Shown piece by piece: positions 40,860-52,587 of a stretch of 64,000 nucleotides of DNA. The notes beneath the pieces were generated by a model, which was given only the letters and a program-made list of their open reading frames with translations, ran no database searches and had not been told where the DNA came from. Position 1 is the stretch's first letter. Every line of letters begins with the position of its first letter. This stretch comes from Camelus ferus (Eukaryota). The stretch is taken from positions 82,896,001 through 82,960,000 of the forward strand of contig NC_045697.1 in NCBI RefSeq assembly GCF_009834535.1. Direction: 5' to 3'. A program made the position numbers and the translations under genes.

Positions 40860-41310
40860 ACCATCTTAAGATACACAGAATTCTCTCTACTTCTCCTAAA
40901 TGATCAGTTCTGCCCCTGAGTAATTACTTCTCCATCTGAGTAATTACTACTGTCATGGCCAATACCTAGGAATAAGTAACCCCTTGGTTCCTCTCAGTTC
41001 CTCTCCTCCATATCCAATCCAGCTGCAAGACTTGTAGGCTCTAACACCAACAAGAATCCCAATATCTCCATTTCCACTGGGACTGCACAAATCCATTCCT
41101 GGATCATCTTCACCTGGGGGATCACTGTAGCCTCCAACCAGTCTGTAGTTCTCCACACAGCTTCCAGGGTAATGTTTTAACCATACTTCTATTTCCATTA
41201 TTCACCAGCTTAAAATCTTTCAAAAGCTATTTCATTTAGAACAAACATTCAAACTCCATATTTTGCACACCCCCATCCCCACCTCTTCCTTTCTTGCTTG
41301 TTTTTTGAAC
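40860..41310 (+). mobile_element. LINE-2 remnant
   Basis: ccatatccaatcc...atcttcacctgg...ctgtagcctccaaccagtct...ttctccacacagc...gcttaaaatctttcaa. Confidence 0.75.
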
Positions 41311-41344
41311 ACAATTTTGCCCTCTTTCTGCTCATCATTTCTTA

Positions 41345-41830
41345 TAAATTCTGCAATGTAATTCTGATACTAATGACCTGGAGTTACTGTAGATGTCTCA
41401 GGCTGAGATCTGAGTCTCCACAAGACTCCCTTCCCTTCAAACACTAGCTGAAAGCTCTGGGGTTCGCCAGCCACCTGCACAACTGGCTACTTGACTACAA
41501 ATCTATTGGTTCCCACTGTCCTTTCAGATCAGCAGGAAGGACTCACAGAGCTCAGGAAACCACTACGATTATGAATGCAGTTTTGTTTTAAAGGATACAA
41601 ATCAAGACCAGCGAAAGGAGACTCAAAGGGTGAGGATGGGAGGGTTCCAAACATGGAGCTCCCTTGTCCTCCGGATGTGACATTCTCCTGGCACATCAGT
41701 GTGTACCAGCAAGTATACTCTAGCTATGTTCAGAGTTTTTATTGGAGTTTCATGACACAGGCATGACTGATTCACTCATTGACCAGTGATTAAGTTCAAC
41801 CTCCAGTCCACCTCCCCTCCTAGGAAATCT
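41345..41830 (-). mobile_element. MER21-type LTR
   Basis: aattctgatactaatgacctggagtta; gactcacagagctcaggaaa; cagagtttttattggagtttcat; caacctccagtccacctcccctcc. Confidence 0.8.
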
Positions 41831-42449
41831 GAAATCATCTGAGCCAATGCCCATGTTTTATATCTCAGAATTCCCAGGACCTGGGGGAGACCTACAAATA
41901 GTTAAGCTGACTATTTGCTTCTCATGTTTTCTTTTCCCTACGTATCTTCTTCCTCTCTCTTTCCAATTTTTATGTAATGTGCTTCAAAAAGAGGCCTGAG
42001 TGAACTTGATTGAAATACATGTGTGAAACAAGTCTATTTAACTGGAAAAGAATTTAGATTATGTATAAAAAAGAAAGATGCAAGAACAACAAATGTCTAG
42101 TAAAATTATCATTATAATGTGACTACAGAAACATTTCCATGTGCATTCCTTGGCAAACACACTAAAACAAATACACAAATAACCATGGAGTGCTGCATAG
42201 CATTCATGATTTTATTAAAGGATCCCTAATAATTCCTCAACAGAGTCAAAATATTTAATGGGTTGAATTATCCTGAGAGATGAGAACACTGAGGTTTTCA
42301 GATGCCGACTCTAGGATGTCACTGGTATGGCTTCTCATAAGGAACATAATCCACCAGCACCTGCAGCCTGCTGTGTGGGTGGGTAAATGCTGCAGGCATG
42401 CTTGCAGTGCAGTGAAACGGTGAGTGAAGGGTGGACATGGAGGTGGACA

Positions 42450-42650
42450 GTGCCTACTACAATCCCAGCACTAAGGATGTCACAACTTATTTTATGTTCA
42501 CAATAGGTTAACAGTCCCTTTGACATATGAGAAAACCAGAGCTGATAGTGAGTTTAAACAATCTTCTGGTCACAAAGGTAGCAACTGACAAAGCTAATTA
42601 TTTGGAATCTAAGTCTCTCTGATTCCAAATACTTTTCTTTATACCACTAC
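42450..42650 (-). mobile_element. MIR SINE remnant
   Basis: tttgacatatgagaaaaccagagct...ggtcaca...ggaatctaagtctctctgattccaaa. Confidence 0.65.
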
Positions 42651-42969
42651 AGTCAGTGTACTCTCCCTAGAAGAACAGCTCTTTATGTCCTTTGTAGTCT
42701 CCACTTCTGTATTTATTTTTAGATTAATTTAGTTAAAAAAAATTGGGTATGCATGGCAATAACTCAGGATATAAATCTTGGATCTCATTAATGTTTTAAA
42801 TGTTTTAAATTGGATGATTTCATCTACTTCTCAACCTCTATAACATACATTTAGGTCTGCTGTACAGCTTATTTTGAACAGAGTTCCAATGTGATTGATA
42901 TATTAAATAACTTTAACATAACACAACTTTGCATTTACTTGTTTGCAATTTCTCCTGAAATAAATTTTT

Positions 42970-43121
42970 TCTTTCTTTCTTTCTTTCTTTTTTCTTTTTT
43001 TGGATGGGAGTGAGGTAATTAGGTTTGTTTGTTTGTTTATTAATGGAAGTACGAGGCATTGAACCTAGGACCTCATACAGGCTAAGCATGCACTCTAGCC
43101 TTGAGCTATATCCCTCCCCCA
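42970..43121 (-). mobile_element. Vic-1-type camelid tRNA-derived SINE
   Basis: Reverse complement GGGGGAGGGATATAGCTCAAGGCTAGAGTGCATGCTTAGC...GTCCTAGGTTCAATGCC (A and B boxes), then (CAAA)n-CCTAATTACCTC and an A-rich tail; TSD AAATAAA(T/C)TTTT at 42958-42969 and 43122-43133. Confidence 0.9.
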
Positions 43122-43198
43122 AAATAAACTTTTCCTGAAAGCAACTAACTGCATTCAACCAAACCAAGCCAAGTAGGGCTACACAAAATGAGCCTGTG

Positions 43199-43220
43199 CA
43201 CACACACACACACACACACA
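43199..43220 (+). repeat. (CA)11 microsatellite
   Basis: Read directly. Confidence 0.95.
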
Positions 43221-43830
43221 TTCTTCCAACATCTACCTGCTAACCATGTGTGAGCCATACCCACCCACATCTGGTCGGTATTACAGCTCCCCCTCCAGTT
43301 ATAGACAAAATCCTCTGAGCACTCCTCAATAATTCAAAAGCTGCAGCTGGCAGTCCTTCCCAAACCCATCTCCACAAGCAACTCAGAGGTCTTTTTCAAG
43401 ATAAAATGTCATATTTATTATAGCATTTATGCATTTCTTAACAATTTGACATATGAATAACTGTGCCACTGTTTTTATTAGTTTCCTACCTTCTTTATGG
43501 GATCCATAATGAAATTTTTGAGTATCGTGCCTCTAATAACATTTCCCAATAAGTTCTATGATTTTTGTGTGTACCTTTCTGTTCTGCAGTGTAGTCATTT
43601 TTAAGAATGCATAGGTAACATTAAAGCAGAATGGACTATATCTCTAAACACATTTTCCATATTCAGTATTTCTCATCTGACTCATTTTCTATATTTTACA
43701 TTTTAGTTAATGGCATCACAAAGCTAAGTATCTTAGAATTATACTTGCAATATACATTAAGGCATATCAACGCCATTAGAGAAATGATTATAAAATTCGA
43801 CCTCATACTGATAGCTCTCCATCAGTACAG

Positions 43831-43917
43831 TATGTATGAATGTATGTATGTATGTATGTATGTATGTACATATGTATGTATGTATGTATGTATGTACATA
43901 TGTATGTATGTATGTAT
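43831..43917 (+). repeat. (TATG)n tetranucleotide microsatellite with TACA interruptions
   Basis: Read directly; source of the MYVC/HTYI-repeat ORFs. Confidence 0.95.
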
Positions 43918-45538
43918 TTTCTGGAGGAAAGACCTCCTAATTGTTCTGATTGACCTATCAATCAACTTCAGTGTCTTGCCTAATTGTCTAATAGTCACCT
44001 CCAAATATTTTGTATGTTACCACTATTGTCATACATGAAATACACACACACACACACACCCCCATTTATGTGACTCTATTTGTGTGCCACTATGGAACTG
44101 TCACTGTACTGCAAAACAAAGTGTAATCTAATTGAAAGAAGTAGATGAAATAATAGTAATTATAGTAATCTTAAATGAATTTCATTTCAATTTATACAGT
44201 ATCAAAATCACTAACTGAATATGCTTCATTTGTCTGAAAATTCCAATTTAATTCAGTATGATACAATGATTCTGATACCAGATTCTAAATTCATTTTACA
44301 TCATCATGTGAATTTAACAACTGTTGTAGTTGAGAAAGATATCAAAATATATTGATCCAAATGGAGTAAGTGCCTCACTAGCTCCATTGTACTAATTCAA
44401 GACATTTGCTTTAAATTCTCTTCATCAGCTCTGCAAAGTTTCACCCAGAAATTTTTGAAACAAAGCTCATGAATTACTGTCGCTTTTGATGTCAATCAAT
44501 TGTTCTTTAAGAACCAATGTGTTGCATTTTAATAATTTTAGCAAATATGTTTGAACCCCACAGAAAGTTTTCATGTAACAAAACTTTGAAAGAAAGTAGA
44601 ACATTTCTTTACCCATTTTTCTATAGTTTTCCATTATGAAATTTTTTTGGGGGGTGACAAATTTCTATTATTTTTGGTATCAAAATCAGCGTGTAGTGGA
44701 TAGAGAAATGCTAATAGGCAAAATAAAATAATACAAGTTTCTTTAGGTAAAAGTTACATAATAATGGCACTCAGTGTGAGAGACAAACATCCCTGTCCCC
44801 ACAAGGGACCCCAGTGACACACATTCTCTGGACACCTGCCAGGGAAGAGCCTATTCAATTCTTCCTAAAGTTTAACTTCAGTATTTTTTCCTTCCTCTTC
44901 CTCTCTCCCACACTGTTCTAGAGAGCCTGGACTCATCCCTTGTTTGCTCACCAGGGGCAAATGACTAGAAACAACATTACCTCCCTATGTGTTTATTGCA
45001 TGTTTACTTAAACCTAGGTGAACTCAAGTTAATTTCCTGGCAGCCCTTAAGCAGGTTGAAATGTCACATCTTACAAAGATCTCTTTTAGCTGATGGAAAC
45101 TCTTCCCATCATCTATTTTCAAAATGCTCTACGAAATTCTCCTGAAAATCAGTTAACTTTACCTTAAAATGTGTACACTTATTCTTTCAAAATCATCTGC
45201 TTTGTGGTGTATTTTTGACTTTCTCTTTCATACCGGAAAAGCCAATCAATTTAAAGCCTATGTCTTTTTGGAAAAGATGGTACTCGTATCTAGGTTTGTC
45301 CAGTCTTTTGAATGCCCTGTAGATGTAGATGTTTCTCTTCACTTTCAGTGTTCTGACTGCTTGGTGTTAAATTTCTTAACAATCCTAATTGGTTGACACT
45401 ATCAGCTAATATTCCAAGTTACCGAGTCACTATTATACTACTTTTTCGGGCTGTACCTATTTGTTTTCGAAGAGGCATTTGCCCAACAGGAAGCCTACAT
45501 TAAGTCATTCACAGTATTCCTCACAGAGGAGAGGAGAC

Positions 45539-45997
45539 TCTGGCCAACAGACTTTAAGTCATGGTTTACCTTCCTGGTGCTTGCAACTTTGAGAACCAGT
45601 GCCTTACTTCTAGCCAGTGGAATGCTGCCAAGGTGATGTGATGTGTGCGGTTACAAGCAAGTGATTACATAAGAGGAGCACTGTTTCACTAGAGTCAGCC
45701 TTTCTCACTTGCTCTCTCTCACTGGCTGTGAGGAGGCTATCTACCATGAATCTTCCAACCACGAAGAACTGATTTATTGTCAACCCTATGTGAGCTGAGG
45801 AAGAATATTTTGTCCTCCTCCAACCTCCAGATGGACTCTCTGACCAACACGTGGACTGCAGCTAGGTGAGACATTGTATACAGTGTTCAGATAAGCTGTG
45901 CCCAACTTCTGGCCTGCAGAAACTCAGATAATAAATCTGTGTTTTGAGTCAATAGGTTTGTGGTTAAAAAAAAATGCAGAAATAGGCAATTAATACA
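45539..45997 (+). mobile_element. MaLR solo LTR (MLT1E/F-like)
   Basis: acttctagccagtggaat...aaggtgat; cctccagatg; aagctgtgcccaacttctggcctgcagaaact; ends taataca. Confidence 0.8.
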
Positions 45998-46699
45998 GCA
46001 TCTCTGCATTTCCCAATCTGTGATTTTCTCCTTTTTGGGGCAGTTGGGACAGTGTAGATACACAAGTCACAGAAGTCATGATAACACTGATTTCAAACCA
46101 AAATACATTTATTTCTTTGATCTTTCTCTTTACTCATGAGGTTTCCTATCCAGTGTACCTTGCTCAGAATCACCTGAAAGGACTACTCCTTATAATTGCA
46201 TATTTCCATTTTTAAAAAATTGTTCCTTTATTTGAGTATGAACAGTGCTTTGGTACACCTTCTACTCTTTTTGCTCCTTTGTGATGTCTGATGATAACTG
46301 GTTTTCTTCCAGGTATGTACAAAATATAATATTCTTTCCAGATTACAATATTACAAATGACTGAAAGACCCTAGAGGTCTGAAATATTTCCACTGTGATT
46401 TCTCAGCTCTTTCTCATTTCTTCTCTGATTAAACCCAAAGTGTTAAACAAACCATTCCTGCTGTTCCCCACATTCTGTCCTGATATTAATGCAGCCTAAT
46501 AATTTCCTTATCTTCTGAGAATTTGAACTAATGGACAAAATGCCCAAGAAAACTGATTCACTAACTGAAAAGTAGAAAAGGGATGGGAAAAAAGTCAGTA
46601 TGGTAAGTGACAATGGTTTCAAGTTGGGGTTAATTTCTCAAATTTTATAAAAACTTATGAATATGTGAATACACTGTTAATCCTTTCCTGCAGGGTTTT

Positions 46700-47300
46700 A
46701 GAAAGTTTCATGCAAATGATCTGCTCTGCTTTAACCTTCTTTAGCTTTTCTGTGCCTGCCTCTCCACTATTAATATCACTACTATATCCTGCAGTAATGC
46801 CAGAGTTATTTATTTAAAGAATTAAACAATAAAAAGAAAATGTTCTTCAATTCATGATGCACAATAGTATAAACTTTTCAATAACCAAATCATAAAGTCT
46901 AAATTACTTAAGAAAACATATAAGACCTTTTATAATCTGATCTCCACTTTGATCTTCAATCTGATCTCCACAAGTCTCCATCGCCTTATGAACTGCTTTC
47001 TATATCGCAGTCACTTCAAACTTCTTGTCTTGTATTCATTTCACTGGGCTTTATATAGATTATTCCTTCTGCCTGAAGTCGACTCCCTGCTTTCTCTCCC
47101 AACCAAAATGAAGACCCATCTCCAATGTCAACTCATTTCCAAACCTTGTTCGGAGTCTTTTGACAACTGCACTATTGCATTATACCACAACTGCTCATTT
47201 ACTAGTGTATATTTCTCTGGAAATTATGGGCTCTTTGAATGAAGGAATCAGGTCTGTTCTATGATGAGCCCCAGTGCCTGGATTAATGTTTTTCCCTAAC
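46700..47300 (+). mobile_element. LINE-2 3' remnant
   Basis: aagaccttttataatctga...gaagacccatctccaatgtca...gaaggaatcaggtctg...ccccagtgcctgg. Confidence 0.65.
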
Positions 47301-47630
47301 GCAATGCTAGGTCAGCAGTTTTCTTTTATTTTCCCCTCATTTCTCTCTTTTCCTCTCAGTAGGCACACTTGTATCCTTTTCCCAAGCTCGTAGTGGTAGG
47401 TCAGAATCAGACAAGACAAATACATATATGTATATATGTCTTTCTAAACAATATGTCACATTTTTGGAAACATTTAGGATGTTTAATCTTTGAAAACATT
47501 AGGAAATGTACTTTCATTATTTTCCCTTTGCTATTACTTTTCTATCAACAATAAAAACACATAGTTACTCACCTAATGCAGTTTTTGGATTGCTCTTGTT
47601 ACTGTGAAGGCTCTTGTCCCTGTGGGTTAA

Positions 47631-47810
47631 TGTGTGTGTATATATACACACATATATGATATTATATATTATATGAATGAATGCTATATGAATATATTCT
47701 ATATCATATCATATATATGCATATACATATAAGTAGTATATATATTAGTGTGCATATATATATATGTAGGTTGTTATATATATGTGTGTGTGTATATATA
47801 TATATATATA
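47631..47810 (+). repeat. (TA)/(TG)-rich low-complexity tract
   Basis: Read directly. Confidence 0.9.
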
Positions 47811-48079
47811 AAATACCACTTGCCAGGCAGCCAAACAATATAAATACAGGTGAAAATAGGAAAGTATATAAAAGTATCCTTAAAATTAAAAATAAAAGAA
47901 TGGCAAAGAGTTCTGTGAATAAAATATTAATATCAAGTCTTGAAGTTAAGTTTTGGTTCAACATGCCAGAGTTTGTGAAATTCCAAAATCTTCATTATGA
48001 AATATATATCTTGTGAGTCTAACATTGGTGGTTAATGCATTATATTTAAAAACCAAAACCAAACAGCAATGAAAACCCT

Positions 48080-48597
48080 AGTATATGAGTCTGGTATTTT
48101 TACATTCTACATATAAGTGAGATTAAACAGTATTTGTTGTTCTCTGTCTGACATATTTCAATTAGCATAATGCCCTCAAAGTCTATCCATGTTGGTGCAA
48201 ATGGAAGAATTTCATGCTTTTTAATAGCTGAATAACACTCATGTATATAGCTCTCCTTTTCTTTATCCATTCATCTGTCAGTGGACATTTAGGTTGTTTC
48301 CATATCTTGGCTGTTGTGGATAATGCTGCAGAGAACATGGGGGTGCAGATATCTCTTCAAAACAGTGATTTCATCATCTTCAGATACATACCCAGAAGTT
48401 GCTAGAAAGCAGAGGTTTAATGTTCTCACCATAAGAGCAAAAACAACATAATAGTAATTATGTGAGATAAAGTATGTGTTAACTAACCTTATTTGGGTAA
48501 ATATTTCACAACATATTCGGTATTAATAATCACATTGTGTACCTTAAACTTACACAGTGCTGTATGTTAATTATATCTCAATAAATCTGGGAAAAAG
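48080..48597 (+). mobile_element. L1MA9-like 3' end with 5' inversion (antisense 48080-48398, sense 48399-48597)
   Basis: Antisense ORF2-end/3'UTR (ctttatccattcatctgtcagtggacatttagg) abuts a sense terminus (cattgtgtaccttaaacttacac...tatatctcaataaatctggg). Confidence 0.85.
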
Positions 48598-48831
48598 GGG
48601 GAAAAAGTGTATACTAAGAATATAGTGATCCAAAGGGAGGTTGGTTATCTATAGAACCTTTGAGTAGAGTTGCATGTTGGCAGTGCCCATCTGAGCAATC
48701 TCTAGGATAGAGGCAATCTTGACCGAGGATCCAGTGTATTCCAATCTAACCGAGGCTGAGTACTATGTTTCCTATTGCAGACGTTAGGCAACTTGACTAT
48801 AATTCTTAAAATACTTTAATGATGAAATCCT

Positions 48832-49265
48832 TGTTCTGAGGCTATGCTGATTATCCCCTAAAAACATTATCTCCTTCAAAATATATCTGGACACATGGCC
48901 TCTCAGAATGTAGTTTTTATTTTCTAGCACCCTGGCAAGTAGTAACAGTCATGTGACTAAGTTCTAGCCCATGGAATGAAAATTAAATGTATGTGCAACC
49001 TTCAGAAAAAAAATAGTTAAATGGAAGTAGCATGCCCGTCACTTCTCTTTCTTTCTGCTTCTTGGTTGGAATGTGAATATGATAGCATGAGCAGAAACAG
49101 CAGTTTTAAACCAAGAGCATACTACAACAACCAGGTCAAAGAAGCCCATCTTCTGAAACAGGGGGCATCATTCCAGCCCTGGAGCCACTGCCTTGATTTA
49201 ACATGAGAGAGATTTTTTTTTTCTTTAAAACAATGCTAATTTGGACTTTCTGTCACTTTTGGCTG
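48832..49265 (+). mobile_element. MaLR LTR (MLT1J-like)
   Basis: tcatgtgactaagttctagcccatggaatg...tgtatgtgcaac; ttctgcttcttggttggaatgtgaatatgatagc. Confidence 0.75.
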
Positions 49266-50479
49266 ATGCAAGGAAGTATATTCAGCCAGAAAATTTATGA
49301 TTTTAATTTGGCTTCCAGGTAGATCTGAATAATGGGAGAAGGTATTTTAATCTTGCAGATTCAAGGAGTACAACCCACATGGATATTATGTTTAGTAGTA
49401 TAAATTATGAATATATTAAGAACACACTAATGAAAAACACAAAGTATATTAAACACTTGTAATGTCACCTGTTCAGAATTAGCAGGAAGATGAGGTCCAA
49501 GTTAGTCTCACACGTTAAGTTTCATAACTCATAAATGGATTTACTCTATATGTCTTGAATTCATCATTTTCAAGGCTGCTAGACTGAAAGCTGACCTGAG
49601 TGGAAAATTCAGTAATGTTATCTGGCAAGGACTTGTCAGTGACAGTCAGCAATCCTTTCTCTGAATATATTCCCAAACTATGCATCTTTTCGATTTGAAA
49701 TACTATCATTCCCTATAAAATTAAAAGATTGCTGAAAATTTTGGAATGAAAGCATATCATAAATTTTGAATCCTAGTGACAGTGATCATTGAATAGAAGA
49801 GAAGCTCCTGCACTTATAGAAACAGGAGAGATTTCAAGGCACAATGGCTAATATTGGCAGAATACAGAAATAGCTACTTTTCTATTTGCCTAAGAGAGTG
49901 ACATCACTGAAATGCAGTCTTTGTATCTGGATGGTCCTGCATAATAATTTCATCTGGAAAGGAAATAATGCAAACTTACTAACCTTTTCATGGTGTTCTG
50001 TGAACGTATAGATTCAGGTAAATGTCCCAAATATTTATCTTTACAAGTTCAGGGAAACATATGCTAGAAATAATATGAAAGGTTACTTGCTTTGTATTCA
50101 ACATTTGGGACAAACCTAGGTAAAAAAAAAAATGGTAAACTATTATTCTGAATTTTATTTAAATCCCTTTACCCCATTTTATTAAAATCGTACTAGTAAT
50201 CTGCATCATTGCAGGCAGACCGAGGTCTCTCTGCACCAGCATTTTGAAAAAGGTACATTCTGAGATCAGTGAGTGACGATAAGAGCTTAAGTTTCATGGC
50301 TCTTTCAAATCATTATAGATAGATAATACATTTCTAAGCATTTCTGATGTCTAACTATTTTAATCAATTTTCCAAATGCCTCCTAAAAAACATGAGTGCA
50401 CAGATAATATACTTTTAAAAAATCCCGTAATTTAATGGCAGATTTAATTCTGTTCTAAAAACTTAGTTTGTTTAATATA

Positions 50480-50650
50480 AAATCATGATAGACTATGCTA
50501 TGGTAACAAATAACCTCCAAATGTCAGTGGGTTCATGCGGGAAATGTATAACTCACTCTCGCTCAAAATCTGCTGTGCATCCAGGCCATGTGTCCAGGCA
50601 GTTATTGTCCATGTGTAGATTCAGTGGTCCAAGCCACTTCAACCTGAATA
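50480..50650 (-). mobile_element. MaLR LTR fragment (MLT1G/H/I-like)
   Basis: tatgctatggtaacaaataacctccaaatgtcagtgg. Confidence 0.65.
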
Positions 50651-50699
50651 TTTCTCTAGTTTTCACAGAATTCCTTTATTACTTCTAGCCATTTCAGGC

Positions 50700-51245
50700 C
50701 TTGGAGAAAGACAAAGGCAGCCCTGATAGCTGTCAGCTGGTATCTGGCCCGGTGCTAACAGCTACACTGTGATGTTCCCTTCTTAAGATGGAGACTCCCA
50801 CAGACCACCATTAAATGTGCAGTTCCATGAATGTGTTGGAGCAGAACAAAAACAAATCACTCAGTAATCATGTCTGACCTCAGACAAAAACAAGAACACT
50901 GCGCAAACCAGAAAGTGACCAAGCATCCTCCTCTCTTAGTTGCCCGTGGTAAACAACACTTCTTTACCCATTACATTAGCCTCACTTTGTTTCACCAGTC
51001 TCCTCGGTGATCAAGAAGCTCAATCATGGAATTACCCGAACTTTCTGACGCCATCTACTCTAGAGGAAACCCTTGCTTCTTTGAACCTTGCCCAAACCAC
51101 CCAGCACAAACCCAAACCCTATAGTGCCGCACCTGACACCCTTTTGTTGAGATGACTCATGGCCCCTGTGATGTGTGAGCAGCTGCTCTCAATTTTTTAA
51201 GCTACAGGCGGGCTCCTGGTGGTCTTCAGATACCAGACGTTAATA
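50700..51245 (+). mobile_element. ERV1-class solo LTR (MER31/MER67/MER90-like, subfamily uncertain)
   Basis: atcatgtctga...caaaaacaagaacactg; caatcatggaattacc; ctacaggcgggctcctggtggtctt near the end. Confidence 0.6.
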
Positions 51246-51712
51246 CCTCTGAACTTCTTTTTCTCACTTTATTCTCTATTTCTTCTACAATAGATCTTTT
51301 TAAATTAAAAACAGCCAAAATCAAACACACATTCCAAAATAACTAAAACATACAAATGCACATGATTTCTCTATGTGGTCAAATTTATTGAAAAAAATTT
51401 GCTTATAATATACTCTTAATATCCTTTTTTTCTACATTTGAAGGATCTATGATGATATCCTTGTTTTCATCCCTGACATTCACAAATTGTTTTTTTCTAA
51501 TTGTCTTTGTGAATTTTTCAGGGTTTAGTAATTCTATTACTAAAGGAACAAGGTTTGTCTTAATTCTTTTGTTTGACTGCTTTTATATTACTCATCTCTG
51601 TTCTTATCTTCATTATGACTTTACTTCATTTTGCTTTTAATTTGCCATACTAATTTTTGTTCTTGTTTTTTTTTTTCTAATGGAATCTTAGATCATTAAT
51701 TTTAATCCCTTT

Positions 51713-52212
51713 TGCCTCCTGTGCTGAATGGTCCTCGAGACATCTAGGTATTACTATCTCTTGGATCTTGTGCATATGTTATCTTATATGGCAGAAAGAA
51801 CTGTAAACATGTGATGGAGTTAAGGACTTTAATATGGGAAGAGTAGCCTAGATCATCCAGGTGAGTTCAATTGATGTAATCACAAGCGTCCTTATAAGAG
51901 GGAGGCAGAGGCCCCGCCTATGGAGGTGGGAGGCAATGTGCTGACTGAGGCGAGATGTTAGGCTCCTGGTTTTAGAGGAACAGGCAGGGAGCAAGGGGTG
52001 CATGTAATAACAGCTCTAGTCACTGGAAAGAGTGAAGAGATGAATTCTTCCCTAAAGCCTCCTTCCCTGCAGCCCAGCCGGCATCCTGACTTCTGGCCAG
52101 TGGAACTGATTTTGGATTTCTGACCTCCAGAACTGTAAGAGAGTATATGTGTGTTGTTTTAAGTGACCAAGTTTGTGGGAATTTGTTACAGTAGCCACAA
52201 GAAACTATTGCA
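51713..52212 (+). mobile_element. MaLR solo LTR (MLT1D-like)
   Basis: tgtaatcacaagcgtccttataagagggaggcaga; actgattttggatttctgacctccagaactgtaagaga; ends CA. Confidence 0.9.
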
Positions 52213-52332
52213 GTCATCTTATCTAAACTTATAAAGTTTTAAGTTTTCCTATGATTAAGCCATAGACACAAATATTCATTTATTGTGATTTCATTTTCAT
52301 TTAGTTCAAAAATTTTTTAAATTTACTTTGTG

Positions 52333-52587
52333 TTTTTTTTTTTCTGCTGAGTAAAAGTAGATTTATTTAGAGAGATACATGCTACACAGAGGGTAGGCTG
52401 TTTTCGGAAGGCGAGAGAAAGTCTGTGAGGTGTAGAGGTTGGTGCTCAGGTTAAAGTAAAAGTAAATACATTGTCCACAGACTGAGTGTGGGCCGTCTCC
52501 CAAGACGAGGGAGGGAGCAAGAGAGGCGGCCATGAGGCCGCAATTTTTATGGGCTTGGTAGCGTCATATGCTAACATGTTGGAGGAT
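52333..52587 (-). mobile_element. Polyadenylated ERV LTR fragment (U3-R), probably L1-retroposed
   Basis: Minus strand: CATAAAAA box (52544-52551), R-like region, AATAAA (52362-52367), 18 nt, then A11; TSD TTTGTG(T/A)TTTTT on both sides; TTTT/AA at 52600. Confidence 0.72.

Noticed and set aside
43631..44038. 135-aa ORF with MYVC repeats
   Set aside because: Translation of the (TATG)n microsatellite
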